Below are positions 38,774 through 49,500 of a stretch of DNA of 64,000 nucleotides, one piece after another (within the stretch, counting starts at the first letter, position 1; each line of letters starts with the position of its first letter). The position numbers and the translations under genes are program-made. Source of the DNA: Candidatus Micrarchaeota archaeon (GTDB taxonomy: Archaea; Micrarchaeota; Micrarchaeia; Norongarragalinales; SBBD01). The stretch is taken from positions 224,001 to 288,000 of the forward strand of contig JAHJQN010000004.1 in the NCBI GenBank assembly GCA_018819225.1, written 5' to 3'. Below the pieces are notes generated by a model. It worked only from the letters and a program-made list of their open reading frames with translations, was not told the DNA's origin and made no database searches.

Positions 38774-39472
38774 ATGCTCTTTTTGGATACCGTGCTGAAG
38801 ACGTTCGCCAAGATATTCCGAGTCATCAACCAACGGCGCACGGTCCTGATCATGCTATTGATCGGAGGACCCGTATCCATTTACTTGTTTCAAGACTTAT
38901 GGATGAAACAAGAATTCACGATTCAGATTATCGCGGTATACGTTCTGGCCTTGTTACCCTTGATGCTCTATAAAGCATTTCTGTATTTTATACTCGCGAT
39001 ATTCGATGTACTCGTGATGTCCTTTGCAGACTACAGCCAAGTATACGAGCTCGATTTCGAACGCGTGCGCGCGCGCATCTCCTCCATTTTATACGAACAC
39101 AAAGTGAAATACCAGTCACTCGAAAAACTGGCTCTGGGAGGCGAACGAGGGCTACTGGCCGCATATCGCTCCATTTTCAAGACGAATTACCCGCTGATTT
39201 TTGTTTGTGCGGACGAACCGTTTATTGTCATTAAAATCTTCCAGAAAATTCAAGCCCCCAACCTCGTGCGCATCCGACAGCAGTTGCGACCCCATCAAAA
39301 CATCCGCATTCACATATTTACGAGCCAGGATCCCAAAGCGAAGGTGGTGGCTAAGCTGATCATCAACTCGTTGCAGATTCTAAATCAAGATCACATGCAA
39401 GCACTTGAAAAAGGAAAATTCAATGAAGCCATTGACGTGACCGTCCCTCTCTCCAAAAAAAAGGCGAAATGA
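38774..39472 (+). CDS. Hypothetical membrane protein (paralogue of next gene)
   Basis: N-terminal TMs; YELDFERVRARISSILYEHKVKY...LALGGERGLL. Confidence 0.75.
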   Translation: MLFLDTVLKTFAKIFRVINQRRTVLIMLLIGGPVSIYLFQDLWMKQEFTIQIIAVYVLALLPLMLYKAFLYFILAIFDVLVMSFADYSQVYELDFERVRARISSILYEHKVKYQSLEKLALGGERGLLAAYRSIFKTNYPLIFVCADEPFIVIKIFQKIQAPNLVRIRQQLRPHQNIRIHIFTSQDPKAKVVAKLIINSLQILNQDHMQALEKGKFNEAIDVTVPLSKKKAK

Positions 39473-39473
39473 A

Positions 39474-40067
39474 ATGGGCGGTTTAGAATCAGCGTACGAT
39501 GCCATCGAAATCATGAGTGCGCGGGCGTTGTCGATTCTACTCATTATAGCGGGAATCGTATTGGCGATTCTCTTGTTTCCGGAATTGTATCATGAAGGCC
39601 TCGGGAAAAAAGACATTGTCATTGAAATCCTCGTCATATTTTTGCCTTATCTGACTTTAAAAGTTCTGACGCTCCTCTTGGCCGCATGGATTGAAATTTC
39701 GGCGTCCACCCATCACGATTATCAGCGCCAATACGGTATGGGAGTCGAAAAGGCTAAAGCCCGATTGTTCCGCATCCTTTATGAAAAAAAGGCCCGATAT
39801 TATTTCTTGTCCAATACCGCATTGGGCATTGAACGTGCGCTCCTCATACCCATTCAAGAAATTCTCGCGAACACCTCTAAATGGAACGGGATGCCGATTG
39901 TGATCATCACCAAACGACCGTTCATGGTCATCCACATTCGCCATCGATGGGAAAAGGAACGGGATCTCGTTGAAATTCAGATTGCGGCGGAAGACCCGCC
40001 AGCGCGCATCCTCGCCAAAGTGATCACGAGTTCCCTGGAAGCGCTATCCCGAGAGCAAAAAGAGTAA
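39474..40067 (+). CDS. Hypothetical membrane protein (paralogue of previous gene)
   Basis: N-terminal TMs; YGMGVEKAKARLFRILYEKKARY...TALGIERALL. Confidence 0.75.
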   Translation: MGGLESAYDAIEIMSARALSILLIIAGIVLAILLFPELYHEGLGKKDIVIEILVIFLPYLTLKVLTLLLAAWIEISASTHHDYQRQYGMGVEKAKARLFRILYEKKARYYFLSNTALGIERALLIPIQEILANTSKWNGMPIVIITKRPFMVIHIRHRWEKERDLVEIQIAAEDPPARILAKVITSSLEALSREQKE

Positions 40068-40134
40068 AAATCAACGATTCGTTGATTCGCGGTATACCCA
40101 ATCCATATAGCATGCGAAGAATACGCAAAACGTC

Positions 40135-41451
40135 ATGGATTGGGGATGGCAGATAACGACTCAAGCGGATGCCACGTATACGTTGGATTCCCGTTGGATA
40201 CTGAATCCAACCGAACGCTTTATCTACGAGACGCTGTACAGTCAATTAAAAAATAAAAAAGACATTTCTTTGAACGAACTGCCGGAGCACCTATTCCGAT
40301 TGTGCGAACGTCGAAATCATGCTCTAAAAAGCGATCGGGCCCGCACCATTATCCAATTGGTTCAAATGAACGTGGAAGGATTCGGGATACTCGATCCGTT
40401 ACTCCACGATGATCGGATTGAGGAAATTGCGGTTTGGACGACGAATGAACCGATTCGAGTCTACCTTCGCGAAAAAGGGTGGCAGAAAACCAACGCGGTA
40501 TTTACGTCCAACGAATCCTTAATTTCCTTGATCAATAAGATGGCGCGACCCCTGGGAAGGCGGCTTTCATATCAAACGCCGCGCATCAACGCGTTCTTGC
40601 CAAACGGTAATCGGTTGCATGCGGCCATCCCACCCGTTACGTTAAACGGAACCACGCTCACGATTCGGCGGTTCCGCGAATCCCCTTGGAGTATCACCGA
40701 TTTGGTTCGGAATGGAACGATATCCGCAGACGCCGCCGCATGTGTTTGGATGGCGTGCCTAACCGATACGAACATACTGATTGCAGGGAACACGGGAAGC
40801 GGTAAAACGTCATTCCTCAATGCGTTATTTGCATTTGTTCCCATCCAGGAACGCATCGTTCTCGTCGAAGAGACCCCGGAGATCCGTATTCCGCAGACGC
40901 ATTGCGTGCGGTTAATGGCCCATACCGGATGGGGTATCACGATGAGCAGTCTCGTTCTGGATACGCTGCGCATGCGACCCGACCGGCTCGTGATAGGAGA
41001 ATCCCGGTCCGAAGAAGAAGTGCGCGCGTTGTTCGACGCATTATCTTCAGGACAAGCCAAGGGAACGTTTGCAACGTACCATGCCCGAACGGCATCGGAG
41101 GCCTTGCATCGGTTGAAAGCACAAGGAATTCGCGATTATGAAATGAGCGCCCTGGACTTGATCGTCGTTTTGAGGAGATACGATTTTTTCAAGGGTCATC
41201 AGTCGACGGAACGTCGAAAAGTCATGGAGATCGCATGCATTGAAAACGGAGAATGTAAAACGCTGAAAACCGTTAACGATCCGTATCGTTTAGGAACTTC
41301 AAGTGCATTCGGGAAAAAAATGGTGAACGCGTTCGGAGGGTTATCCGCGCATCAAAAGCAGTGGAGGAGACGGTCCCAGTTCATTAAAGCCCTCGCGGAT
41401 CGTCGTGCGGATCCGACGGAAACCACTCATGCACTGCAATCGTTTCGATAA
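40135..41451 (+). CDS. Type II/IV secretion ATPase, CpaF/TadA/FlaI family
   Basis: GFGILDPLLHDDRIEEI, LTIRRF, Walker A GNTGSGKTS, VEETPEI, LRMRPDRLVIGESR, ATYHA. Confidence 0.93.
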   Translation: MDWGWQITTQADATYTLDSRWILNPTERFIYETLYSQLKNKKDISLNELPEHLFRLCERRNHALKSDRARTIIQLVQMNVEGFGILDPLLHDDRIEEIAVWTTNEPIRVYLREKGWQKTNAVFTSNESLISLINKMARPLGRRLSYQTPRINAFLPNGNRLHAAIPPVTLNGTTLTIRRFRESPWSITDLVRNGTISADAAACVWMACLTDTNILIAGNTGSGKTSFLNALFAFVPIQERIVLVEETPEIRIPQTHCVRLMAHTGWGITMSSLVLDTLRMRPDRLVIGESRSEEEVRALFDALSSGQAKGTFATYHARTASEALHRLKAQGIRDYEMSALDLIVVLRRYDFFKGHQSTERRKVMEIACIENGECKTLKTVNDPYRLGTSSAFGKKMVNAFGGLSAHQKQWRRRSQFIKALADRRADPTETTHALQSFR

Positions 41452-41459
41452 AAAACGGG

Positions 41460-42458
41460 TCACCAAAGCACGCGTTCTTGATCCACGCGCACTTTCTGAT
41501 CGGGGACTCGGTTTTTGCCATACTCGTGACGGGCTTGCATGAGACCCGTCAACGCAATCATGCCCGCATTGTCCCCGCAGAACTCAAACGAAGGAACGCC
41601 GAATTTCACGCGATGTTCCTTGCCGACGAGCCTCACCATCTCCTGCAAGCGTTTATTTCGAGCATTTCCTCCCACCAACAACACTTCTTTTTTCCGTGAG
41701 AGAACCAACGATTTCTCTACAGCCTCGCATAACATGGAAAACGCGACTTCCTGGGAGGAAAAACAAATATCGGCGGGCGGAGTCGTGGAAGGAAGACGTT
41801 TCACCGTGGTCAATAATCCCGTAAAGGATACGTTCATTCCTTTCACGGCATATGGAAGCGGAATCAATTGTCCTTTCGGCGCCGCTTTGAGGACGCCCAC
41901 CGCATCCGGCGGGGACAACCGAAGATGACGGCCCACAAGGTCGAGAAAGTTGCCTAAACCGATGTCCAGTGTTTCTCCTAAAATGGCATAACGGCGTTCG
42001 GACCCCCGCGGTTCAAGAGAAAGCAGTTGGGTATTGCCTCCCGATACGTAAACGGCGAGAGGAGAATCTTGTTTGCAGAACAAACGGCCGACCTCGACAT
42101 GGGCCAGCGCGTGGTTGACCCCCAAAAAAGGGACGTGCTGAACGACAGAAAACGAACGCGCGGCCATAAAACCAATATGCAACGAATGTCCGAGACCCGG
42201 TCCATACGAATATGCGACCATATCGACATCGGAAGGACGCATTCCGGCGGAAGCAAATGATTCCTTGAGGATGCGCGCATAGTGTTTGACGTGATGGTCC
42301 GCCAGCTGGCGGGGAATAAATCCTTCCGGCTTTGCAGGATATTTGGCGTTGACATTGGAAAGTACGCGCGTGTGGCTGGAAAAGGGATGGTCGGGATTCC
42401 CTTCGACAAGGGATGCTCCGAACGTGTGCGCGGTGGCCTCAAAACCTAGAATGCGCAT
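41460..42458 (-). CDS. kae1: tRNA t6A synthase Kae1 (KEOPS)
   Basis: LGFEATAHTFG, YGPGLG, VNHALAHVE, YVSGGNTQ, GETLDIGLGN, DNAGMIA. Confidence 0.95.
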   Translation of the reverse strand: MRILGFEATAHTFGASLVEGNPDHPFSSHTRVLSNVNAKYPAKPEGFIPRQLADHHVKHYARILKESFASAGMRPSDVDMVAYSYGPGLGHSLHIGFMAARSFSVVQHVPFLGVNHALAHVEVGRLFCKQDSPLAVYVSGGNTQLLSLEPRGSERRYAILGETLDIGLGNFLDLVGRHLRLSPPDAVGVLKAAPKGQLIPLPYAVKGMNVSFTGLLTTVKRLPSTTPPADICFSSQEVAFSMLCEAVEKSLVLSRKKEVLLVGGNARNKRLQEMVRLVGKEHRVKFGVPSFEFCGDNAGMIALTGLMQARHEYGKNRVPDQKVRVDQERVLW

Positions 42459-42463
42459 TCAGA

Positions 42464-44212
42464 TCACGATTCGTGCTCATCGTTAGGGGACTCCTCGGAA
42501 TCATCGGATAGGGTATCCGCACGTTTATTATCCTGCGGATCCGAGCCCGTCAAACCCTTCAAGAAATCAAGCGGGTTTTTAGAGGAAGACGAATAATAGA
42601 GCGCGACGAGCACGATGACAACGGCGATGACGAATCCGGCGGTTGCCGCATTACCGCGTTGCCACGAAGCGAATCGAATCTGAGCATCTCGAACGGACCC
42701 GCGCACGCGACCCATAAGAGTAGCGGATTCTTGATGCCGGCGTTGTTCCAAGAGTTCACGTGCACGCGCCAACTCTTCCTCCGCATCCGCAACGTCTTCA
42801 CCGGCTGCACGAAGCCGGCGAATGCGCTCTTCCAAATCATCCATTTCTTCAACGGGAGTCATGGAAGGCGAAGGGTTCAACGAAGGAACCGGAGTCGGCT
42901 CATAAGAAGGAGAGACCGAAACGGAGGGAGTCGGGGTTAGCGAGGGATCCGGCGTTGAAGAAGAGAATGGTGGTGAAGACGGGGAAGGAGTCGATGAGAC
43001 GCTAGGGAGTGGAGTCGGAGAAGAGGAAACAGACGGCGAGCCTGAAGGAGTCGGGGTAGGGGTCGGAGTGGGTGTTGGGGTAGGAGTCGGAGTGGGTGTT
43101 GGGGTAGGAGTCGGAGTGGGAAGCGGATCCCCGGTACCGAACGAAAAATCGTATGCACCCGATTGCGTCACTTGAGCCTGAAACTCTTCCCCAGGCCACC
43201 CAGGGCCTTCAATCGCAAAATAATGAGGGGTAAAAAGACTTTCGCCGGAATTCGTCAAACGTTTCTCGCGTATCCGAAACGTGGAAATGCCGTCTGCATT
43301 GGTATCGTTCGTTTCAATAAAAGAGTGCGTTTTATCGAAAACGGAAACCGATCCTACGGCCGGTGAACTATTGTCGGCGTAAGTAAAACGGGACAGTATT
43401 CGCCATTCGACATCCACGTAAGAGGGATCGCCAAACCATCCATACCGCAACGGAACCGCCGCGCTCGCATTCAATAACGTTAACGCATTAGAGTACGATA
43501 GTTGAATATGCCAATTGGATACGGGAGTTAAAAACTGAGAGTCGAATGCATCCACGGTCGATTCTCCAATTAACAGCAGGTGAACGCGACCGCCGGAAAA
43601 CACGTTACGCTCCAATAAGGCGCCGTCCACTAATTGAAAATAAAGGGCAAAATCATTATTGATGAATTGATTGTCATCCAAGACGTTATCCGATGAGACA
43701 TAAATGAATCCACCGTACATGCTGTCTGAAAACACGTTGCGGGAAAGATGGTTGATGGAAGAATGATCTAAACGGAAACCCATAGCGCCACCCGAAACCA
43801 TATTCTCAAACACGGTGTTTCGATGAGATCCCTCCAACAGAAAACCGTATCCGTGATCCCCATTCAGGTCAATCTCATTGCCTGAAAAAATGCCGGAATC
43901 GGAGTTCACGAGTCGGATGGCCGCTATATCCGTCCCGCCCCCGGGTGTTTGAAATCGGCAATTGCTTACTTCCAAACGATCTTTTCCGGAAGCCGAAACC
44001 CCATACTTGTAAAAGGAGACGGAATGCCCGGCACAATCCAGTTTCGCGTCATGACCCACCACCAAAAAACACTCGTTCGCCGACGCAGTGACGTCCTGCG
44101 TTAAAACGTACTCCGTACCATAAAGCATTTGACAATCGTCAATCTCAGAAGCCGCACTCGGAAGAAGAGTAAAAAGCAAGAAAAAAACGAATCCCGTTGC
44201 CAACTGGTTCAT
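42464..44212 (-). CDS. Secreted right-handed beta-helix (NosD/CASH-like) surface protein with Pro/Thr/Ser linker and C-terminal TM anchor
   Basis: Signal peptide, KLDCAGH, G..L..S..N.I..N repeats, PT repeat, helical module, TM. Confidence 0.88.
   Translation of the reverse strand: MNQLATGFVFFLLFTLLPSAASEIDDCQMLYGTEYVLTQDVTASANECFLVVGHDAKLDCAGHSVSFYKYGVSASGKDRLEVSNCRFQTPGGGTDIAAIRLVNSDSGIFSGNEIDLNGDHGYGFLLEGSHRNTVFENMVSGGAMGFRLDHSSINHLSRNVFSDSMYGGFIYVSSDNVLDDNQFINNDFALYFQLVDGALLERNVFSGGRVHLLLIGESTVDAFDSQFLTPVSNWHIQLSYSNALTLLNASAAVPLRYGWFGDPSYVDVEWRILSRFTYADNSSPAVGSVSVFDKTHSFIETNDTNADGISTFRIREKRLTNSGESLFTPHYFAIEGPGWPGEEFQAQVTQSGAYDFSFGTGDPLPTPTPTPTPTPTPTPTPTPTPTPTPSGSPSVSSSPTPLPSVSSTPSPSSPPFSSSTPDPSLTPTPSVSVSPSYEPTPVPSLNPSPSMTPVEEMDDLEERIRRLRAAGEDVADAEEELARARELLEQRRHQESATLMGRVRGSVRDAQIRFASWQRGNAATAGFVIAVVIVLVALYYSSSSKNPLDFLKGLTGSDPQDNKRADTLSDDSEESPNDEHES
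43047..43120 (-). repeat. Tandem repeat encoding a (Pro-Thr)n linker
   Basis: ~24-bp units GGAGTCGGAGTGGGTGTTGGGGTA on the + strand; encodes PTPTPT... Confidence 0.9.
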
Positions 44213-44223
44213 GAACGGAACGC

Positions 44224-44748
44224 CTAAACTCTTTTCTTTCTTTTCGGGATAGCCGGAAGATGATTGAATGGGCCGTGAAGACGTTCACGGAAGCGCTGAA
44301 CAGGGTTTTCCCACGAATGCGTGAAAGCGAGAAGCAGAACAACCATGGCAATTAAAACACCGTAGAACATGCGGGAGAGCAAACCGTTCTTGACCTCCGA
44401 TTTCATAATAAAAATAAGCACTTCGGCTTCCCGAAAACGCGCATCCGCCTGTTCTCCTTGACCGACGTATTGCAATTGCTTGCCTTGAAGAATTAAGTCT
44501 TCAATATCTGACACATCTTCGCCCGCTGACCGCAACGCCGTCACTTGAACCTCCAGCTCCAGAATCTTATCATTCGTGAATGTCACGTAAACGACGGAAA
44601 CCCGAGGCAGCGGAGCCGCCGTATGGGGGTTGGTGGAAACGATGAGCGCCGGAACAGGGTCTTTCGAATCCAATGAAAGCGTTTGGGTTTCGATGGAAGT
44701 GATTAGCCCGCCCAGCAAAACCAGGAATAGAAAAACGGATACACGCAT
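44224..44748 (-). CDS. Hypothetical membrane protein with helical module and C-terminal TM
   Basis: Signal peptide; VTALRSAGEDVSDIEDLILQGKQLQYVGQGEQA; TM; basic tail. Confidence 0.75.
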   Translation of the reverse strand: MRVSVFLFLVLLGGLITSIETQTLSLDSKDPVPALIVSTNPHTAAPLPRVSVVYVTFTNDKILELEVQVTALRSAGEDVSDIEDLILQGKQLQYVGQGEQADARFREAEVLIFIMKSEVKNGLLSRMFYGVLIAMVVLLLAFTHSWENPVQRFRERLHGPFNHLPAIPKRKKRV

Positions 44749-44900
44749 GAGGCTCTAAAATCATAAATCGAGCGCGGAATAAAAAGGTTGCCCGAAGGGC
44801 ATCCGGACACGATGAGGGGTAAGTCGGCGGCAAACCCTATTTAAATACCCGTCGAATTAGAGATGATGCGTTAAGAGGGGCGAATGGCAAGGGGAATCAC

Positions 44901-46406
44901 ATGGCTAGCGTCCGGCAACAAATTCTGGAAAAACTGCAGGAAAAGGAAGTGATGATAGCGCCGCCTGCACTTGAAACGCTCGAACAACAAGAACGCGCCA
45001 TGGATTTGGTGGGTGAGCTGCTTTCCGAAAGCTCGGAACTCGTCATCAGCGAACAAGCCGTGAACGATTTTCTGGATAGCAAGACCGCCGGAAAAAAAGT
45101 CGTCCAAGTCGACGTCATTCAAAAAAAGAACTATAACCCCCCGGCGAAAAGCGTCGAACCCCAACTCGAGTTATCCGTACGGGATAGCGATATTTCCAGC
45201 AAAAGCCGGTGTACGGGAAGCGTGGACGATTTCGTACGCCACTTCCGAAACCGTTTCCGAAAACAACGCGACGTCTTGCGAGGCATTCGAAGCCAAGCCA
45301 GCGGAATCTATCCGTTAAAGGAAGCCAAAAGCGGAGTCACTCAAAGAGAATTCCGAGTCATCGGGATGGTTTATGAAAAACGCGTGACCAAAAACGGGCA
45401 CCTCCTACTCGAAATAGAAGATGAAGAAACCAGCGCGAACGTGCTCGCCGTCAAAGACTCACCCGCATTCGAGCAAGCCCAAAAGATCATGCTCGACGAA
45501 ATGCTGGCGTTTGATGTTCGGGCATCCAAATCCTCGCTCCTGATCATCCAGCGCATCGTCCAACCCGGCGCCATGCTCCAAGAACGCCGGAAAAAAACCG
45601 TTGAAGAAGACATTTCGATGGCATTTCTAAGCGACTTGCATGTCGGCAGCCGATATTTTCTTCAAGAAAATTTCCAACGCATGCTTCGCTTCCTGAATGG
45701 GGAAGGAGACGAGAAAGAAAAAACCATTGCCGGACGCATTAAATATATCTCCGTGGCCGGAGACCTCGTGGACGGAATCGGGGTGTATCCTCGGCAAGAA
45801 CAGCAACTCGTCACCAAAAATATTTATACCCAGTACGAAATTTTATGCGAATTCCTGAAAAATATTCCCGAACACATCGAAGTCATTATCTGCCCAGGAA
45901 ATCATGATGCGGTGAGAACGGCTGAACCTCAACCCGCTATTTCCGAGGAGTTTCGCCGATCCCTGAATGGCTATTCCAACCTGCATTTCGTAGGCAATCC
46001 GTCTCGCCACCGCGTTCACGGACTCGAGCACTTAATGTATCACGGAACCAGCGTCGACGGATTGATTTCTCATTCCGCGGCATTGAAGGAAGGATACGAG
46101 CATCCCGAGCAAGTCGCGGTCGCCATGCTCGAGCGGCGGCATTTGTGTCCCGTGTACGGGGAGGACCCCGTCGTTCCAGAAGTGCCGGACCTGATGTTAA
46201 TTGATGAAACGCCTGACGTATTCCATTTTGGTCACGTGCACAAGCTCGGATACCTCGAGGACTACAACGGCACGTTCGTCATCAATTCGGGAACGTGGCA
46301 GGACCGAACCGATTTTCAAGTGCGCATGGGACACATTCCATCCCCGGCACTGTTCCCGGTTTACGACATGAAGACCGGAAAAATCAAAGTGCTGAATTTC
46401 CTTTAG
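44901..46406 (+). CDS. polB: DNA polymerase D small (proofreading) subunit DP1
   Basis: OB fold plus calcineurin-like motifs SDLHVG, AGDLVDG, PGNHD, YHG, HFGHVH, INSGTWQ. Confidence 0.96.
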   Translation: MASVRQQILEKLQEKEVMIAPPALETLEQQERAMDLVGELLSESSELVISEQAVNDFLDSKTAGKKVVQVDVIQKKNYNPPAKSVEPQLELSVRDSDISSKSRCTGSVDDFVRHFRNRFRKQRDVLRGIRSQASGIYPLKEAKSGVTQREFRVIGMVYEKRVTKNGHLLLEIEDEETSANVLAVKDSPAFEQAQKIMLDEMLAFDVRASKSSLLIIQRIVQPGAMLQERRKKTVEEDISMAFLSDLHVGSRYFLQENFQRMLRFLNGEGDEKEKTIAGRIKYISVAGDLVDGIGVYPRQEQQLVTKNIYTQYEILCEFLKNIPEHIEVIICPGNHDAVRTAEPQPAISEEFRRSLNGYSNLHFVGNPSRHRVHGLEHLMYHGTSVDGLISHSAALKEGYEHPEQVAVAMLERRHLCPVYGEDPVVPEVPDLMLIDETPDVFHFGHVHKLGYLEDYNGTFVINSGTWQDRTDFQVRMGHIPSPALFPVYDMKTGKIKVLNFL

Positions 46407-46524
46407 TATTTCACCGACGAATTTGATGCAAAATTCTACGGAAAGTCCAGAAGGCCCGCAACGGTTTTATACGTTCATGCCGATGAAGAGCAAGGGATTG
46501 AATCGTCGAGAAAAAGGGATTGAC

Positions 46525-49500
46525 ATGCCGGTATGCTCACCCGCCATCCAACAATACTTTGATGCCATCGAGGCGCAATTCAACGACGGTCTGGAAAAAG
46601 CACAAACCGCCCGCCAAAAAGGACTGGATCCGTCCACGGAAGTCGAAATCAAACCCGCCAAAGACCTGGGAGCCCGCGTGGAAGGACTGGTGGGACCCGT
46701 TGGCATTGGAAAACGGATTCGCGAGCTCTCGGAACACCCGCGCGAACAAGCGGCTTTCGTCATCGCAAAGGAAATCGTTTCCGGAATTATCCCCATACCC
46801 GTGGATACCGATAACGAGAACGAACGCAAAGAAATATTTTTGGAGCATGCGGTCCGAACCGGTCTCGCGGTGTTTACGGAAGGCGTCGTCAGTGCGCCCA
46901 TCGAAGGCATTACGGCACTGAAACTCAAGGAGAACGCGGACGGAACGCAATACGTAGCGGTCTATTTTTCAGGCCCGATTCGCGGGGCCGGGGGCACGGG
47001 ACAAGCCTTTACCCTGTTACTGGCGGATTATTGCCGCAAATTACTGGGAATCAGCCATTATCGAGCCACCGAAAGCGAAGTCGAGCGGTACGTGGAAGAA
47101 AGCAATTTATACGCGATCAAGACCCGAGCCGGCCAATACGTACCGACCGAAGAAGAAATCAGGCATATCGCGCAAAGCTGTCCGGTATGCATTACCGGGG
47201 ATCCCACGGAAGACTACGAAGTCAATGTAAACAAAGACGTTCCAAGCGTGGAAACGAATCGGGTGCGCGGGGGCTTGTGCCTCGTGCTCTCAGAAGGCAT
47301 TTGCCTGAAAGCCACGAAAGTACTCAAACTCTCAAAAAAAGCTGGTTTGAACTGGAACTGGTTGGAACCGCTCATCAAGGTCACGAAAACCTCCGCCAAA
47401 CAACTGGAGTTTAAGCCCATCGGAAAGTATATTGACGAAATTGTGGGCGGGAGACCCATTCTCGCATACCCCATGCGACCCGGAGGCTTCCGGTTGCGAT
47501 ACGGGAGGACGCGGTTCACGGGAATTGCCAGCAAAGCCATTCACCCCGCCACGATGGCTTTACTCGACGGATTCATTGCCGTGGGCACGCAATTAAAAAT
47601 CGAGAGACCGGGTAAAGGATGTATTGCCACGCCTTGCGAACGAATCGATGGGCCCATCGTCAAGCTGAAAAGCGGCGAAGTGCGTGCGTTCTCCAACGTA
47701 GAAGAAGCGCGAGCGGAATCCAGTCAGGTCGAAGAAATACTGTGGCTGGGCGATTTGCTCGTCAACTACGGAGACTTCTATAAAGCCAACCATCCCCTCG
47801 TGCCGTCTGCTTGGTGCAATGAATGGTACCAAATGGAACTGGAAGAAAAAGGCATCCGAAAAAGCGAGAAAGAAATTGATGAGATGGATGCGAGCCAGGC
47901 TTTCGCTTTATCCAAACAAACCGGCGTGCCGTTGGCTCCAAAATACACGTTTTTCTGGCACGATTTATCCGTCAACGAACTGCGCGAGTTGGCCAACGGA
48001 TTGGTGAAGGGCCATCTGAATTTCGAATGGTTTGATTTGAAAGGATATTCGTTGAAACACGATGAAACGGGGATGAAAACTAAAAAGCTCCTTGAAAAAC
48101 TTTGCGTGCCCCACCGGATGGATAACCAGGACATCGTGATTCAGAAGGAGAATGCCATCGCCGTCCTCAAAACGCTCGGCATCCTTCAAGAAAAAAATTT
48201 GTCGATGGAGTATTTCATGAACGCCTATTCCGATACGAAGGAGGTTATGGGCATCGTGAATGAGACGGCGGGCATACCCATCAAGAAAAAAGCCGGGATT
48301 TACGTGGGGGCCAGCATGGGTCGTCCCGAAAAGGCAAAAGAACGAAAAATGAAACCCCCCGTGCACGCCTTGTTTCCCATTGGAAATTGGGGAGGAAAAA
48401 TGCGCAGTCTTCTGAAGGCATCGGAACAAGTCCGTCGAAGAGAAGGAGCTAAAATCGAAGTGAATGTGGAAGTGCGGGCATGCCCGGTATGCGGAAGACG
48501 CGTCCTCGGATCCCAATGCGGCACGTGCAACGAACCCACGAAAAAGCACCTGATTTGCTCGAAACCCACGTGTCAGAGACTGAATGCGGAAGAGGCTACG
48601 GAATGCCGGCATTGTAAAAGCCCGTTGCGACAACACGAACTGCTCGTCATTGACTTCGCTAATGAATTGCATAAAGCCATGGAACGCATGCACGCGAAAC
48701 CGCATGAAATTAAAGGGGTTCAAGGACTTATTTCCGCTTCAAAAACTCCGGAGTCACTGGAAAAAGGCGTGTTGCGCGCCAAATACCAGCTCTCTGTTTT
48801 TCGAGATGGAACGTGCCGTTTTGACGGAACGGAAATCCCGCTCACGCACTTCGTCCCAAGAGAAATCGGGACGCCCATCGAACAATTGAAACGACTAGGT
48901 TACACGACGGATCGGCACGGGAAACCCCTCGAGAACGAGAATCAAGTCGTGGAACTCATGCCTCAAGACGTCGTGGTATCCGATTACGCATCCGAATACT
49001 TTATGCGCGTCGCCCAATTCGTGGACGACCTGTTAACGTACCATTATGGAATCCCGGCGTATTACCACGCCAATAGACCCGAGGACATGATTGGACGACT
49101 CATCGTATCCATTGCCCCCCATACCTCCGCAGGGATCCTGGGACGCATCATTGGAGTGGCTCCCGCTCGCGGCCTCATGGCCCACCCGTACTTGCATTGC
49201 GCATGCCGACGGAACGCCGACGGAGACGAAATCTCCTTCATTCTACTCATGGACGCGCTCCTCAATTTCTCCAAACAATTCCTTCCGGCGACGCGGGGTG
49301 GAAAAATGGACGCCCCCCTCGTCTTGACGACCATTCTGGATCCCAGCGAAATCGACGATGAAGCGCATGCGATGGACACCGTATCCCAATACCCGCTCGC
49401 ATTTTATCGTGCCAGTGAAAACATGGCCGCTCCCGGAGAGGTTCCGATTGAAACCGTTCGACAACGCTTGAACACGCCGAATCAATACGAAAACATCCAG

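Noticed and set aside
43047-43120. CRISPR-like periodic repeat
   Set aside because: No unique spacers; it is an in-frame Pro-Thr linker, and no cas genes are present.
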